Counted from the first letter of the stretch, positions 1-9,582 are shown. The stretch is DNA of 60,947 nucleotides from Pseudomonadota bacterium (GCA_021325135.1 JAJPHT010000037.1:1-60947), one strand, 5' to 3'. Notes: generated by a model not told the origin, from the letters alone. A program made the numbers and translations.

Positions 1-699
1 ACCCTCAAGTGGGTCACGAAGGTCGTCGCGCAGCAGCACGGCCTCCACGCGTCCTTCATGGCGAAGCCCATCTTCGGCGTGAACGGCAGCGGCATGCACG
101 TCCACCAGAGCCTCTGGAAGGGCAACCAGAACGCCTTCTACGACGAGAAGGGCCGCTTCCAGCTCTCCGGCACCGCGTACAACTACATGGCCGGCCTGCT
201 CACCAACGTCCCCGCGATGACGGCGGTCCTCAACTCCACCGTCAACTCGTACAAGCGCTTGGTGCCCGGCTACGAGGCGCCCTGCTACATCGCGTGGGCC
301 AACAAGAACCGCAGCGCGCTCATCCGCATCCCCGCCGCCCGCGGCAAGGGCACGCGCCTGGAGCTTCGCTGCCCCGACCCCGCCGGCAACCCCTACCTCC
401 AGACGGCCGTCATGCTGGCCGCCGGCCTCGACGGCGTGAAGAACAAGCTCACGCCCCCCGAGCCCGTCGAGCAGGACATCTACCACATGACGCCCCAGGA
501 GCGCAAGAAGAACGGCGTCGGCAGCCTCCCCGGCAGCCTCCGCGAGGCGCTGGACCTGGCCAACGACAGCAAGCTCGTGCGCGAGGTCCTCGGCGAGCAC
601 ATCTTCGAGCAGTTCAACACGGTGAAGACGAAGGAGTGGGACAGCTTCCGCCTCCGCGTCCACCCGCACGAGCTGGACATGTACCTCGCCAAGATCTGA
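1..699 (+). CDS. glnA: Glutamine synthetase type I, C-terminal part (5'-truncated by window edge)
   Basis: Frame open from base 1; motifs FMAKP..GVNGSGMHVHQS, NSYKRLVPGYEAP, NRSALIRIP, RLELRCPDP..NPYL. Confidence 0.97.
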   Translation, partial: TLKWVTKVVAQQHGLHASFMAKPIFGVNGSGMHVHQSLWKGNQNAFYDEKGRFQLSGTAYNYMAGLLTNVPAMTAVLNSTVNSYKRLVPGYEAPCYIAWANKNRSALIRIPAARGKGTRLELRCPDPAGNPYLQTAVMLAAGLDGVKNKLTPPEPVEQDIYHMTPQERKKNGVGSLPGSLREALDLANDSKLVREVLGEHIFEQFNTVKTKEWDSFRLRVHPHELDMYLAKI

Positions 700-701
700 G
701 A

Positions 702-895
702 ACGCGAAGCTCGCTTCGCTTGCTTCGCGTCCTCCCCGCGCCTTCGGCGCGGACCGACTCGGCTGGGGGCCCTTCGGGCCCCCGGCGAGCGCCCCTTTTT
801 CGCAGAAATGCCCTTAGGGGCGCTCCGGCGCCGCCTTCGGCGGCGCCCGCGGCCCCTACAAGGCATCCGGCATTTCTGCGAAAAAACGGGCGCTC
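702..895. repeat. Nested palindromic (REP-like) intergenic element
   Basis: Hairpins ccgcgcc-ttc-ggcgcgg (736-752), gggggccc-ttc-gggccccc (765-783), ggcgccgcc-ttc-ggcggcgcc (827-847); long IR tttttcgcagaaatgcc (796-812)/ggcatttctgcgaaaaa (869-885). Confidence 0.8.
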
Positions 896-979
896 GTGAT
901 TGCCCTTTGCTCGCGCTTCTGGTGGAGGGCCTTCGTCACGCGCGGGCGCGCGAACCTCCACGCGCCTTCTTCGGGTCGC

Positions 980-1477
980 TCAGGTCGCCTTGCCGATGTC
1001 CAGCACGCCGATGAGGTAGCCGTTGGCGGTGCCGTTGAAGACGACTCGCCACGTGCCCGGCTGGAGGGTCACGCCCTTGGCCTGCTTGTCGCCGCTGCAG
1101 TGGCCGTTGGGGTTCGCGCCCACGATCCCGTTGGCGTCGTACTTGTCCTGGAGGAAGGTCTGGCCATCGGGCGCGACGAGCGTGATCACGGCATCGCTCT
1201 GCTGCGTCACGCACACGGTCGCGCTCCCCGTGCCCGCGCCGGTGTAGTGGAGGTCGACGTTCACGGGGCCCGCGCCCGCGGGGATATCGATCGCCTTCGT
1301 CTCGTCGGCGGCGGTGTAGTTGTGCTCGACGTGCGCGCCCAGGAAGCTCGCCTGCGTTCCGGAGCCCGCGGTGCCGGTGGGCGTGGTCCCTGCGTCCGTG
1401 GGCGTCGAGGGCGTTCCGCCGGTGGATGCGCAGCCGGCGAGCAGGAGGGAGGCCAGAAGGAGAGGGAAGGCTCGCAC
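980..1477 (-). CDS. Hypothetical lipoprotein
   Basis: GTG start, signal MRAFPLLLASLLLAGC (lipobox), Thr/Gly/Pro linker, beta-rich domain. Confidence 0.8.
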   Translation of the reverse strand: MRAFPLLLASLLLAGCASTGGTPSTPTDAGTTPTGTAGSGTQASFLGAHVEHNYTAADETKAIDIPAGAGPVNVDLHYTGAGTGSATVCVTQQSDAVITLVAPDGQTFLQDKYDANGIVGANPNGHCSGDKQAKGVTLQPGTWRVVFNGTANGYLIGVLDIGKAT

Positions 1478-1537
1478 GGCGTTGGCATCGGGCGCGCGCC
1501 GCAAGAACCTAACCCTCGCGCCCCGCTCGCCGCGCCG

Positions 1538-2191
1538 ATGAGCAGGCCGAAGATCGGCGTGATCGGAAGCGGCGACGTGGGCAAGCGGCTTGCCGGCGCG
1601 TTCGCGAAGCTTGGGCACCCCGTGATGCTGGGCACGCGCGAGCCTTCCCGCGAGGACGTGCAGGCGTGGCTCAAGGAGGCGGGGCACGGCGCCCGGGCGG
1701 GGACCAACGCGGAGGCCGCGCGGTTCGGTGATATCATCGTCCTGGCCACCGACTGGTCGGGCACCGAGAACGCGCTGCGGCTGGCGGGGGCGCCGAACCT
1801 CCAAGGCAAGGTGCTGCTGGACGTGACGAACCCCCTGTCGTACCGCGACGGCGCGCCGCCCCTTCTCGCGGTGTCGGGCGAGGACTCCGGCGCGGAGCGC
1901 GTGCAGCGGTGGGCGCCCGGCGCCAAGGTCGTGAAGTCGCTCAATGTCGTCAACAACGCGCAGATGGCGGACCCCAAGGCGTTCGGCAATCCGACGATGT
2001 TCGTGGCGGGCGACGAGGGCGCGAAGAAGGTCGTCGAGGGGCTGCTGCGCGAGCTTGGCTGGGATGACGTCATCGACCTGGGCGGCCTTGAAGGGGCGCG
2101 CATGCTGGAGGCGATGGCCCTCGTGTGGATCGTCCACGGCTTCCGCACGGGCAAGTGGACGCACGCGCTGAAGATGCTCCCCGCGAGGTGA
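1538..2191 (+). CDS. NADPH-dependent F420 reductase-like dinucleotide-binding oxidoreductase
   Basis: KIGVIGSGDVG Rossmann motif, DVTNP, SGAE, VVKSLN, DLGGLEGARMLE. Confidence 0.88.
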   Translation: MSRPKIGVIGSGDVGKRLAGAFAKLGHPVMLGTREPSREDVQAWLKEAGHGARAGTNAEAARFGDIIVLATDWSGTENALRLAGAPNLQGKVLLDVTNPLSYRDGAPPLLAVSGEDSGAERVQRWAPGAKVVKSLNVVNNAQMADPKAFGNPTMFVAGDEGAKKVVEGLLRELGWDDVIDLGGLEGARMLEAMALVWIVHGFRTGKWTHALKMLPAR

Positions 2192-2195
2192 TCCC

Positions 2196-2984
2196 GTGAA
2201 GCTGGCGGGCAAGCTCGTGGCCATCACCGGCGCCTCCTCCGGCATCGGCAAGGCCGCCGCGCTGGCGTTCGCCCGCGAAGGCGCGCGCCTCGCCCTGTGC
2301 GCCCGCAGCGAGGGCGCGCTGCGCGAGGTGGCCGAGATCGCCAAGGCCCTTGGCGCGCCCTCCGCGATCTGGCGCGCGTGCGACGTGACGCGCGACGAGG
2401 ACGTGCGCGCGTTCGCCGCCGCGTGCGGCCCGCAGGTGGACGTCCTCGTCGCGAACGCGGGCGTGGGCCAGTACGGCGAGTTCCTGGACACGCCCATGGA
2501 GGACGTGGAGCGCGTGCTGGAGACGAACCTCACGGGCGTGCTGCGCTGCGCGCACGCCTTCGGCCCCGCGCTCGTCGCGGCTCAGGGGCACGTCCTCGTC
2601 GTGGGCTCGCAGGCGGGGAAGACGCCCGTGCCGCTCTCCAGCGTGTACGCCGCCAGCAAGTGGGCCCTGACCGGATGGACGCGCAGCGCGCGGCCCGAGC
2701 TGGAGTCCCGCGGTGTCGCGCTCACGCTCTTCTCGCCCGGCGGCGTCGACACCGCGTTCCGCGAGCGGCGCCTCGCCGCGCCCGGGACCGGGGGCGACGC
2801 GCGCGCCCGCGTGCCCGGCTCGCAGAGCGTGGACCGCGTCGTCGCCGCGCTGGTGGACGCCGCGCGCAGGCGCCCCCGCGAGGTCGACCCCTCCCTCGTG
2901 GGCGCAGTGGGGCGCGCGGCCAACGCGCTGGCGCCCCACGCGGCCGCGCGGGCGATGCTCAAGGCTCGGGCGCGACGCCGCTAG
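2196..2984 (+). CDS. Short-chain dehydrogenase/reductase (SDR)
   Basis: TGASSGIG, ANAG, YAASK catalytic motif. Confidence 0.93.
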   Translation: MKLAGKLVAITGASSGIGKAAALAFAREGARLALCARSEGALREVAEIAKALGAPSAIWRACDVTRDEDVRAFAAACGPQVDVLVANAGVGQYGEFLDTPMEDVERVLETNLTGVLRCAHAFGPALVAAQGHVLVVGSQAGKTPVPLSSVYAASKWALTGWTRSARPELESRGVALTLFSPGGVDTAFRERRLAAPGTGGDARARVPGSQSVDRVVAALVDAARRRPREVDPSLVGAVGRAANALAPHAAARAMLKARARRR

Positions 2985-4326
2985 GCGAGCCGGCGCGGCT
3001 TCCGAGGCTCGTCCGCGGCAGGCCGAACGCGCAGAGGAGCGCCGCGGCCGTCACCGCGACCATGAGGCCGATGCCCACGCCGAAGCCGCCCACGTTGGCG
3101 GCCAGCACGAAGCTCCCGACGCCCAGCGCGGCGCCCACCTGCCGCGTGAACTGCTGGCTCGTCGTGGCGCTGCCCATGCGCTGCACCTCGACGCTGTTCT
3201 GCACGGTGACGGTGATGCCCGGGTTGAGCAGGCCCATGCCGACGCCCGCCAGCGCCGCGCCGCCCGCGACGGCGTAGAGCCCGCGGTCGAACACGGTCGC
3301 GAGCGCGAGGAGGCCCGCCGCGTGGACGATGAGGCCCACCAGCGCGAAGACGCGCTCGCCCCAGCGATGCACGAGCCGCCCGGAGACGAGCGCGGCGCCG
3401 CTCCAGCCGATGGTGAACGAGCCCACGACGAGGCCCACGGCGGCGGGCGCGCCGAAGACCTCGCTGGTGCGCAGCGGCAGCACGGCCGAGACGCCGAACG
3501 CGCTGAAGGAGGTGAGGAAGGAGATGGCCATCGCGGTCGCGTAGCCGCGGTGCCGGAAGAACGCCAGCGGCAGGATGGGGTGCTCTGCGCGCCCCTCGTG
3601 CCAGACGAACGCCGCGAGGAGGGCGAGCCCCGCCGCGACGAGCGTCCACTCCAGCGCGCCGACGCTGCCTTCGCCGAAGTCCACGAACGCCCAGATGAGG
3701 GCGCTGCCCCCGAGCCCCGCGAAGGCCGAGCCCAGGATGTCGAAGCGCCCCGCGCGGTGGCCGAACGACTCGGGCATGGCCGAGAGCACGAGCGCCGTGG
3801 CCAAGGCACCGATGGGCACGTTGACGAGGAAGACCCAGCGCCACGAGGCGTTGGCGACGATGGCCGTGCCCAGGAGCGGCCCGCCCACGCTGCTCACGGC
3901 CCACGCGGACGCGGCGATGCCCAGGGCCTTCGCGCGCTTCTCGGGCGGGAACACGACGCCCAGCACGATAAAGGGGAGGCTCGTCACTGCCCCTGCGCCG
4001 ATCCCCTGGAGCGCGCGCGCCGCGATGAAGACCGGCATGGTGGGCGCGGCCGCGCAGAGCGCGCTCCCCGCCACGAACACGGCGACGCCCACGAGGAACG
4101 TGCGCTTGCGCCCCCAGCGGTCGCTGCCCGGGCCCCACACGGGCATCGACACCGCGGTCGCGAGCATGTAGGCGGCGAACGCCCAGGCGTAGAGCCCGCT
4201 GCCGCCCAGCTCGCGGATGGCGACGGGCATGACGGTGCCCACCACGGTGCCGTCCACCCCGGCGAGGCCGATGGTGAAGAGGATGCCCACGAGCACGAGG
4301 ACGCGGCTCCGGCCGGCGAGTTCCAC
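2959..4326 (-). CDS. MFS drug-efflux-type transporter (DHA2-like)
   Basis: Many hydrophobic helices; DGTVV, GSDRWGRK motif A, ARALQGIGAG, SWRWVFLVNVPIG. Confidence 0.92.
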   Translation of the reverse strand: MELAGRSRVLVLVGILFTIGLAGVDGTVVGTVMPVAIRELGGSGLYAWAFAAYMLATAVSMPVWGPGSDRWGRKRTFLVGVAVFVAGSALCAAAPTMPVFIAARALQGIGAGAVTSLPFIVLGVVFPPEKRAKALGIAASAWAVSSVGGPLLGTAIVANASWRWVFLVNVPIGALATALVLSAMPESFGHRAGRFDILGSAFAGLGGSALIWAFVDFGEGSVGALEWTLVAAGLALLAAFVWHEGRAEHPILPLAFFRHRGYATAMAISFLTSFSAFGVSAVLPLRTSEVFGAPAAVGLVVGSFTIGWSGAALVSGRLVHRWGERVFALVGLIVHAAGLLALATVFDRGLYAVAGGAALAGVGMGLLNPGITVTVQNSVEVQRMGSATTSQQFTRQVGAALGVGSFVLAANVGGFGVGIGLMVAVTAAALLCAFGLPRTSLGSRAGSPSGVAPEP

Positions 4327-4420
4327 GGGCTTCCGCTACGCGCCTCCCCGCTTTCTTCCTTCTGGCGGCGCCGCGGAGTCTGCTCGCCCTCTAAATAGGC
4401 GAGGAAGCGAGGCCTTCTCG

Positions 4421-5284
4421 ATGCTCACGGCCAGGCTGACCGTGGGGACGATCCTCAACCTCGCCTCGGCCGGGCTCTGCCTCGCCGTGGGCGCGCGCCT
4501 CGCGCGGCGCGACGTCCAGGGGCCCGCGCGCCGCGCGGCGATGGCCTTCTCCGTCTGGTGGATGGCCTTGGGCGTCGACGCCACCATCAACTCGGTCACC
4601 TGGCTGGCCGGCGCGCTGGGCCTCGCGACGGAGACGCTGACCGCCGTCCTCACCTACGCGGCCCTCGCGGCGGTGACCGTCATGCTCTGGGGGCTCGTCG
4701 AGTACCTCGTCTACCTCTTCACGGGCCGCGCCGGGGCGTTCTTCCCGGTGGCGGCCGCCTACGTCGTGGCCTTCCTGGCGGGCGCCGCGTTCATCGCGAC
4801 GCTCCACCCCATCGGCGTGACGCCGCGCCCCTACGGCGGGGAGATCGCCTACGCGAACCAGCCCAGCCCGGGCGAGGCGCTTGCGTTCGCCGTCTTCTTC
4901 CTCCTGCCGCCCATCCTGGGCGCCCTCGCCTATGGCACCCTCTTCTTCAGCGCCAAGGGGCGCACGCGGCGCTTCCGCATCGGCGTCGTCTCGCTGGGCA
5001 TCTTCGTCTGGTTCTCCAGCTCCATCGCGCTCTCGGGCACCACGGTCGAGAGCGACGCGCTGGCGCTCTCGTCGTTCGCCATCTCGATCTTCTGCATGCT
5101 CGCCATCCTCGCGGCCTACGCACCCCCCGCGTGGATGCAGCGCTGGCTGCGCGTCACGGCCATCGCCTCCGAGCCCCACCCCATGCCGGAGGCCCTCGCC
5201 GCCGACGCCGCGCGCCGCGAGGGGGCGGCCGCCCGCGCCCGCCGCCGCGCGAGGCTGGACGAGCGGGTGCGCGACCTGGTCTGA
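4421..5284 (+). CDS. Multi-pass (~7 TM) membrane protein of unknown function; paralogue of 54417-55163
   Basis: Hydrophobic helices; TATA-like ctaaata at 4391-4397; shared motifs with the second copy. Confidence 0.8.
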   Translation: MLTARLTVGTILNLASAGLCLAVGARLARRDVQGPARRAAMAFSVWWMALGVDATINSVTWLAGALGLATETLTAVLTYAALAAVTVMLWGLVEYLVYLFTGRAGAFFPVAAAYVVAFLAGAAFIATLHPIGVTPRPYGGEIAYANQPSPGEALAFAVFFLLPPILGALAYGTLFFSAKGRTRRFRIGVVSLGIFVWFSSSIALSGTTVESDALALSSFAISIFCMLAILAAYAPPAWMQRWLRVTAIASEPHPMPEALAADAARREGAAARARRRARLDERVRDLV

Positions 5285-5320
5285 GCGAAAGCCAAATCGC
5301 GGGGGCGCCGATCCAGCCTC

Positions 5321-5980
5321 ATGGCCGACCTGATCCGCACCCTGGAGTCCGACCTCTTCGGCGCGTACGAGTGGGCGGCCGACCTCTACGAGGACCTTGC
5401 GGGCGTCCAGGAGGCGCCCGACCGCCTGGCGGTCTTCCGTGGCCTCATGCGCGCCTACGAGGCCTTGGAGGGCAAGGCCGCCGAGGCCATGCGCGCGGCG
5501 GAGGGGCTCGTCGCGGCGGAGGAGGACCTGGACGACACGGAGCGGCGCGTGCTGGCCCCCCTGGAGGCGCCGCGCGAGGCCCTCTTCGCGGACCCAACGC
5601 CCGAGAGCGCGAAGGCCTTCCTCGCCGCGTTCGACGCCGCGTGGATCGGCCAGGCCGAGAAGCCCGCGCTGGTTCCCGACGCCATCCTCGCGGCCCTCGC
5701 GCACAGCAACGTCATCGCGGCGACCCGCAACAAGACCCTCCCGCCCGAGGAGGCGAAGGCGCACCACGCGAAGGCCGCGCAGCTCTACGAGGAGCTTTTC
5801 GCCATGCTGAACTTCCGCGTGGGCACGGGCGAGCAGGAATGGAAGGAGACGGCCCAGAGCGCGGCCTTCCGCGCCGCCGTCGCGTGGCGCTTTGCGGGCG
5901 AGGAGTCGCGCAGCCGGCGCGCGACGGAGATCGCGGGCGCTCCCCCGGGTTTCGACCGCAGCGGCCACCGCACGTCGTGA
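5321..5980 (+). CDS. Hypothetical all-alpha acidic protein
   Basis: Coding-like GC3 bias, natural composition, no motif recognised. Confidence 0.7.
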   Translation: MADLIRTLESDLFGAYEWAADLYEDLAGVQEAPDRLAVFRGLMRAYEALEGKAAEAMRAAEGLVAAEEDLDDTERRVLAPLEAPREALFADPTPESAKAFLAAFDAAWIGQAEKPALVPDAILAALAHSNVIAATRNKTLPPEEAKAHHAKAAQLYEELFAMLNFRVGTGEQEWKETAQSAAFRAAVAWRFAGEESRSRRATEIAGAPPGFDRSGHRTS

Positions 5981-5983
5981 GCG

Positions 5984-6184
5984 CTACCGTCGGACCCCGA
6001 GCGACTCGTCGTCGGCGTCGGGCTCCTCGGGCGGGGCGCGCGGCCTGCGCGGCGGCGCGGCCAGGATGCGCCGCACCAGCACGGCCGTGACCGCGGCCAT
6101 GGCCAGCGCCACGACGGAGAGGACGATCACGAACCCGACCAGGACGTGCTCCAGCGCCACCATGGATCTTCGAGCCTCCTCCAC
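5984..6184 (-). CDS. Small single-TM hypothetical protein
   Basis: One hydrophobic helix followed by basic/acidic tail. Confidence 0.5.
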   Translation of the reverse strand: MEEARRSMVALEHVLVGFVIVLSVVALAMAAVTAVLVRRILAAPPRRPRAPPEEPDADDESLGVRR

Positions 6185-6323
6185 CCAGGGCTACGCCATT
6201 GGTTGTATTAGAGAATTCTTGTGAAATTCCTGTGGATGAGATCGCCATTAACCACCGCCCCAGCGGGGTCCTCCCCCTGGCCCAGGGGCGAACGCTTTTC
6301 TGCCGGCCGCCCGAATCCGCGCC

Positions 6324-7067
6324 GTGGCGCCCCTGGCGGACGCGAAGGCCGTCTTCTTCGACGTCGACGACACGCTCTACGACTTCGACCGCAGCATGTC
6401 CCTCGCCTTCGCGCACCTGCACCGCGCCTTCCCCGACGTCTTCGCCCAGCACACCGTCGACCGCCTCGCGGAGGCGTACTGGACGCACTACCGCGGCATG
6501 GGCGAGCACGCGAAGCGCGACCTCATCAACCGAGATCCCGATCTCTTCCGCCGCACCATGTGGGCGGGCGCCCTCGCGGCGCTGGGGCTCGATGGCCACC
6601 CCGATGGCCTTGCCCGGCGCCTCACCGCGGAGTTCGAGAAGGTCCGCCCGCAGCACTGGCGCTCGTCCATGTACGCGGGCGCCCGCGACCTCCTCCTGGA
6701 CCTCAAGGGGCAGCGCGTGCTGGGGGCCATCACCAACGGGCCCTCGCGCGTGCAACGCCCCAAGCTGGAGGCGCTGGAGTACCGCGACTTCTTCCCCGAG
6801 GACCTCGTCTTCGTCTCGGGCGAGTTCGGCGTCGCGAAGCCCGACCCCTCCATCTTCCTCGCCGCGGCCAAGGCGGCCGGCGTCGCGCCCGAGGCGTGCG
6901 TCATGGTGGGCGATGCGCGGGAGTTCGACATGCCCGCAAAGGCCGTGGGCTTCCGGACCATCCTCTTCTGCGAGGGCCGCAACGTGCCCGACGTCTCCAA
7001 GGACGAGCACCCGCCCGACGCCATCGCGCGGGGCTACGCCGACGTGCGCCGCCTGCTGGGCGCGTGA
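6324..7067 (+). CDS. HAD-superfamily hydrolase (subfamily IA)
   Basis: FFDVDDTLYD, ITNG, KPDPSIF, MVGD. Confidence 0.93.
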   Translation: MAPLADAKAVFFDVDDTLYDFDRSMSLAFAHLHRAFPDVFAQHTVDRLAEAYWTHYRGMGEHAKRDLINRDPDLFRRTMWAGALAALGLDGHPDGLARRLTAEFEKVRPQHWRSSMYAGARDLLLDLKGQRVLGAITNGPSRVQRPKLEALEYRDFFPEDLVFVSGEFGVAKPDPSIFLAAAKAAGVAPEACVMVGDAREFDMPAKAVGFRTILFCEGRNVPDVSKDEHPPDAIARGYADVRRLLGA

Positions 7068-7068
7068 G

Positions 7069-7452
7069 CTATCGTTTTCTCCTCTTGGCCTTGCGGATGA
7101 CCAGCGCGTCGCCCAGCGCGCCGATCTCGACCGAGCTTCCCGGCTTCACGCCGAGGCGCGCGAGAAGCTCCGGCGGGAGCGTCACCGAGGCGCTCGTGCC
7201 CGTGGTCCCGATCTTCCGCTCCACCGCGTTCTCGACGCCGAAGAGGCCCAGCTCGTGGGCAAGCGTCTCGACGCGGGCGAGATCCTCCGCGCGGATCTTC
7301 TCCTCGCCGTCCAGGGGGCACCGGCCGCCGCGCACGGGGAGCGTCCCGCGCGGGAAGTGGACCGCGACGATGGCGTCCGCCATGACGACGGGCTCGTCGT
7401 GGAGGTTACAGCGCAGGCCTCTGGCGGGCGCAGGAGACTGTCCGGACGTCAT
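7069..7452 (-). CDS. Putative antitoxin: YgiT/MqsA-like Zn-ribbon N-terminus plus AbrB/MazE DNA-binding domain
   Basis: CNLH...RCPLDGE; C-terminal RKIGTTGTSASVTLPPELLARLGVKPGSSVEI AbrB signature. Confidence 0.75.
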   Translation of the reverse strand: MTSGQSPAPARGLRCNLHDEPVVMADAIVAVHFPRGTLPVRGGRCPLDGEEKIRAEDLARVETLAHELGLFGVENAVERKIGTTGTSASVTLPPELLARLGVKPGSSVEIGALGDALVIRKAKRRKR

Positions 7453-7687
7453 ACTCTTCCTCGGTTTCCAGGTAGCGGACGATCACGTAGCGGGCGCCGA
7501 AGCGCCGCCAGGCGGCGCGGCGGAGGCCGGCGCGCTGGAGCAGGTCCGGCGAGGCAAGCGTGCGCGCCACCTGCTCCACGCTGACGGGCGGCCTCTCGTT
7601 GTACATGGCCCGCACCGCGTGCTTGGATAGGGTGACGGCCTTGCCACCGGGCTTCTCTTCTGATGTTCGTATGTCATTCGTATCCAA
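7406..7687 (-). CDS. Putative toxin, DUF4258-like (RelE/BrnT-like fold)
   Basis: TLSKHAVRAM..VSVEQVARTLASPD..YVIVRY..YDVRTV pattern; overlaps downstream AbrB gene. Confidence 0.65.
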   Translation of the reverse strand: MDTNDIRTSEEKPGGKAVTLSKHAVRAMYNERPPVSVEQVARTLASPDLLQRAGLRRAAWRRFGARYVIVRYLETEEEYDVRTVSCARQRPAL

Positions 7688-7705
7688 TAAAGTCTCCTCC
7701 CGTTT

Positions 7706-9013
7706 TCAGGTCAAGATCCGAAGGGCCACGGGGACCAGGATCGCCGCCATGCCCAGGCTGCGCCGCACGCCGAGGCGGCGGGGGACCAGCCCGACGAGCG
7801 TGGCCGCGGCGAGGTCGGCAAGCCCGAGCCACCCGCAGAACGCCAGCGTCGCCACGGTGAGGAGCGCAAGGCCGCCCGCGCCCCAGCGGGCCGGCCCTGC
7901 GCGCGCCGCGGCCCGGGCGAGCGGGCGGGCCAGGGCGCGCGCCATCAGGCAGGCCGCCGCGGCGGAGAGCACGACGAGGGCGGCCTCGGCGAGGATCGCC
8001 TGGGATGGCGCACCCGCGCTCCACGCGGCGGGGCGCGCCATCGCCTGCGCGGCGACCAGCGCGCCGCTGCGCGCCCGCCCCATGGCGTGCCACGCGAGGA
8101 GGGTGAAGACGACGGCGCCGCCGTTCACTGCAGCCAGGCGCACGAGGCGCGCTTCTGGCGTGGGCGCCCGCGGCGTGAGCAGCGCCGCCTGCGAGGGCGA
8201 GACGCCGGGGACGAGGCCCTCGACCAGCGAGGCCGCCGCGCCGGGCGCCGCGTGCCGGAGGACGCCGCGGGGCGGCGCAACGGCGAGGATAGCGCGCGAG
8301 CCGGGCCTGCGCGAGCGGGCCGCGGCCAGCAGCTCAGGCGCCGCGAAGAGGCCCGCGAGGAGGGGCAGCAGCGGGGAGGCGGGAAGGCCGAAGGGCGACG
8401 CCGCGCCCAGGCGCAGCGCGGCCCAGCCCAAGGCGCCCGCGAGGAGGACGACGAGCAGCGCGAGCGCGCGGCCGGCCCACGGAGAGAGGGGGCCCTCGGC
8501 CCATTCGTGCGTGACCCAGCGGCCGTCCTCCTTCACCGGCACGGGGAGCGCGCGCCGGTGCGCCTTGGGGCGCGCGGGCTCGGTCGCGACGAGCAGCGCG
8601 AGGATGGCGAGCGCGATCCAGGGCGACCACGCCGCGACCCTGGGGCCGAGCCACGCGAAGATCGGGCGCGCAGCCGCGGCCATGGGCAGCGCGACGGCGA
8701 GCCCCGCGAAGGCGCCCCACGCCTGGAGCGCGACGGCCTCGACGCCGCGCCCTTCCCGCGCCAGCGCGTGCGCCGGCAGCGCGGCGAGCGCGCCCTCCTC
8801 GCCCGAGGCGCCCAGGAAGGTCGCGGGGAGGGCCGCGCCGAAGGGGCTCGCCGCCAGCGCCGCCACGAGGAACGCCTGCCCCGGCGCGCCCGCCTGCGGC
8901 GCGAGGGCCAGCGCGAGCGCGGCCAGGCCGTTGACGTGCATGCCGGGCAGCGCGCCCGCCGCGAAGCCCGCCAGCGCGCCGGCCGCGGCGGCCATCAGGA
9001 GGGCCGGCTCCAC
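7706..9013 (-). CDS. TctA-family (archaeal DUF112-type) membrane permease
   Basis: AGALPGMHVN, PATFLGA, ALPAH..REGRG.EA, PLLAGLF, RARSG motifs. Confidence 0.85.
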   Translation of the reverse strand: MEPALLMAAAAGALAGFAAGALPGMHVNGLAALALALAPQAGAPGQAFLVAALAASPFGAALPATFLGASGEEGALAALPAHALAREGRGVEAVALQAWGAFAGLAVALPMAAAARPIFAWLGPRVAAWSPWIALAILALLVATEPARPKAHRRALPVPVKEDGRWVTHEWAEGPLSPWAGRALALLVVLLAGALGWAALRLGAASPFGLPASPLLPLLAGLFAAPELLAAARSRRPGSRAILAVAPPRGVLRHAAPGAAASLVEGLVPGVSPSQAALLTPRAPTPEARLVRLAAVNGGAVVFTLLAWHAMGRARSGALVAAQAMARPAAWSAGAPSQAILAEAALVVLSAAAACLMARALARPLARAAARAGPARWGAGGLALLTVATLAFCGWLGLADLAAATLVGLVPRRLGVRRSLGMAAILVPVALRILT

Positions 9014-9582
9014 GCGTCCACCTTCAGGACGTAGGCGGCGTGGGCCTCGTCGTACCGGAACGCGCCCGCGGCGAGCCACGCGCCCGGCGCGGAGGGCGGC
9101 GCGAGGCCTGCGAGCCGCACCCGTGCGCCGCCCCCGACGAGGTCGCCCTCGCGCGGCTCGCCGCGCACGAGCACGCGCGCGCCCTCGTAGAGCGCGGGAG
9201 CCCGCGCCAGCGTGGCGGGATCGAGCGGGCGCGGCGCGGCCGCCTCCACGACGTCAAGCGACTCCGCGGAGAGCCCCGGCCCGTCGTCGAGCCGCGAGAC
9301 GAGCCCCGTCACGCGCACGCGGTCGCCAGGCGCGGGGACCGGCCCGGGCCCGGCCACGACGCCGATGCGCGCCGTGTCGTCCGCCACGACGAGGTGGCGC
9401 CCGCGGTCGGTGCCCGAGGCCTGGAGCACGCGCCCCTCGACGAGGACGCGGCTCCCCTCGTGGAGCGGCGCGTCGCGGACGGCGACGCGGGCCGGTGATA
9501 GCAGAAGCGAGAGCGCCGCGAGGAGCGCGACGGCGAGAAGGGCGACGAGGACGACGGCGAGGTCGGGGTGGAGTCGACGCAC
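8995..9582 (-). CDS. Membrane-anchored OB-fold protein
   Basis: N-terminal TM; VLVEGRV, VADDTARI, PGDRVRVTGLV OB-fold pattern, repeated twice. Confidence 0.75.
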   Translation of the reverse strand: MRRLHPDLAVVLVALLAVALLAALSLLLSPARVAVRDAPLHEGSRVLVEGRVLQASGTDRGRHLVVADDTARIGVVAGPGPVPAPGDRVRVTGLVSRLDDGPGLSAESLDVVEAAAPRPLDPATLARAPALYEGARVLVRGEPREGDLVGGGARVRLAGLAPPSAPGAWLAAGAFRYDEAHAAYVLKVDAWSRPS

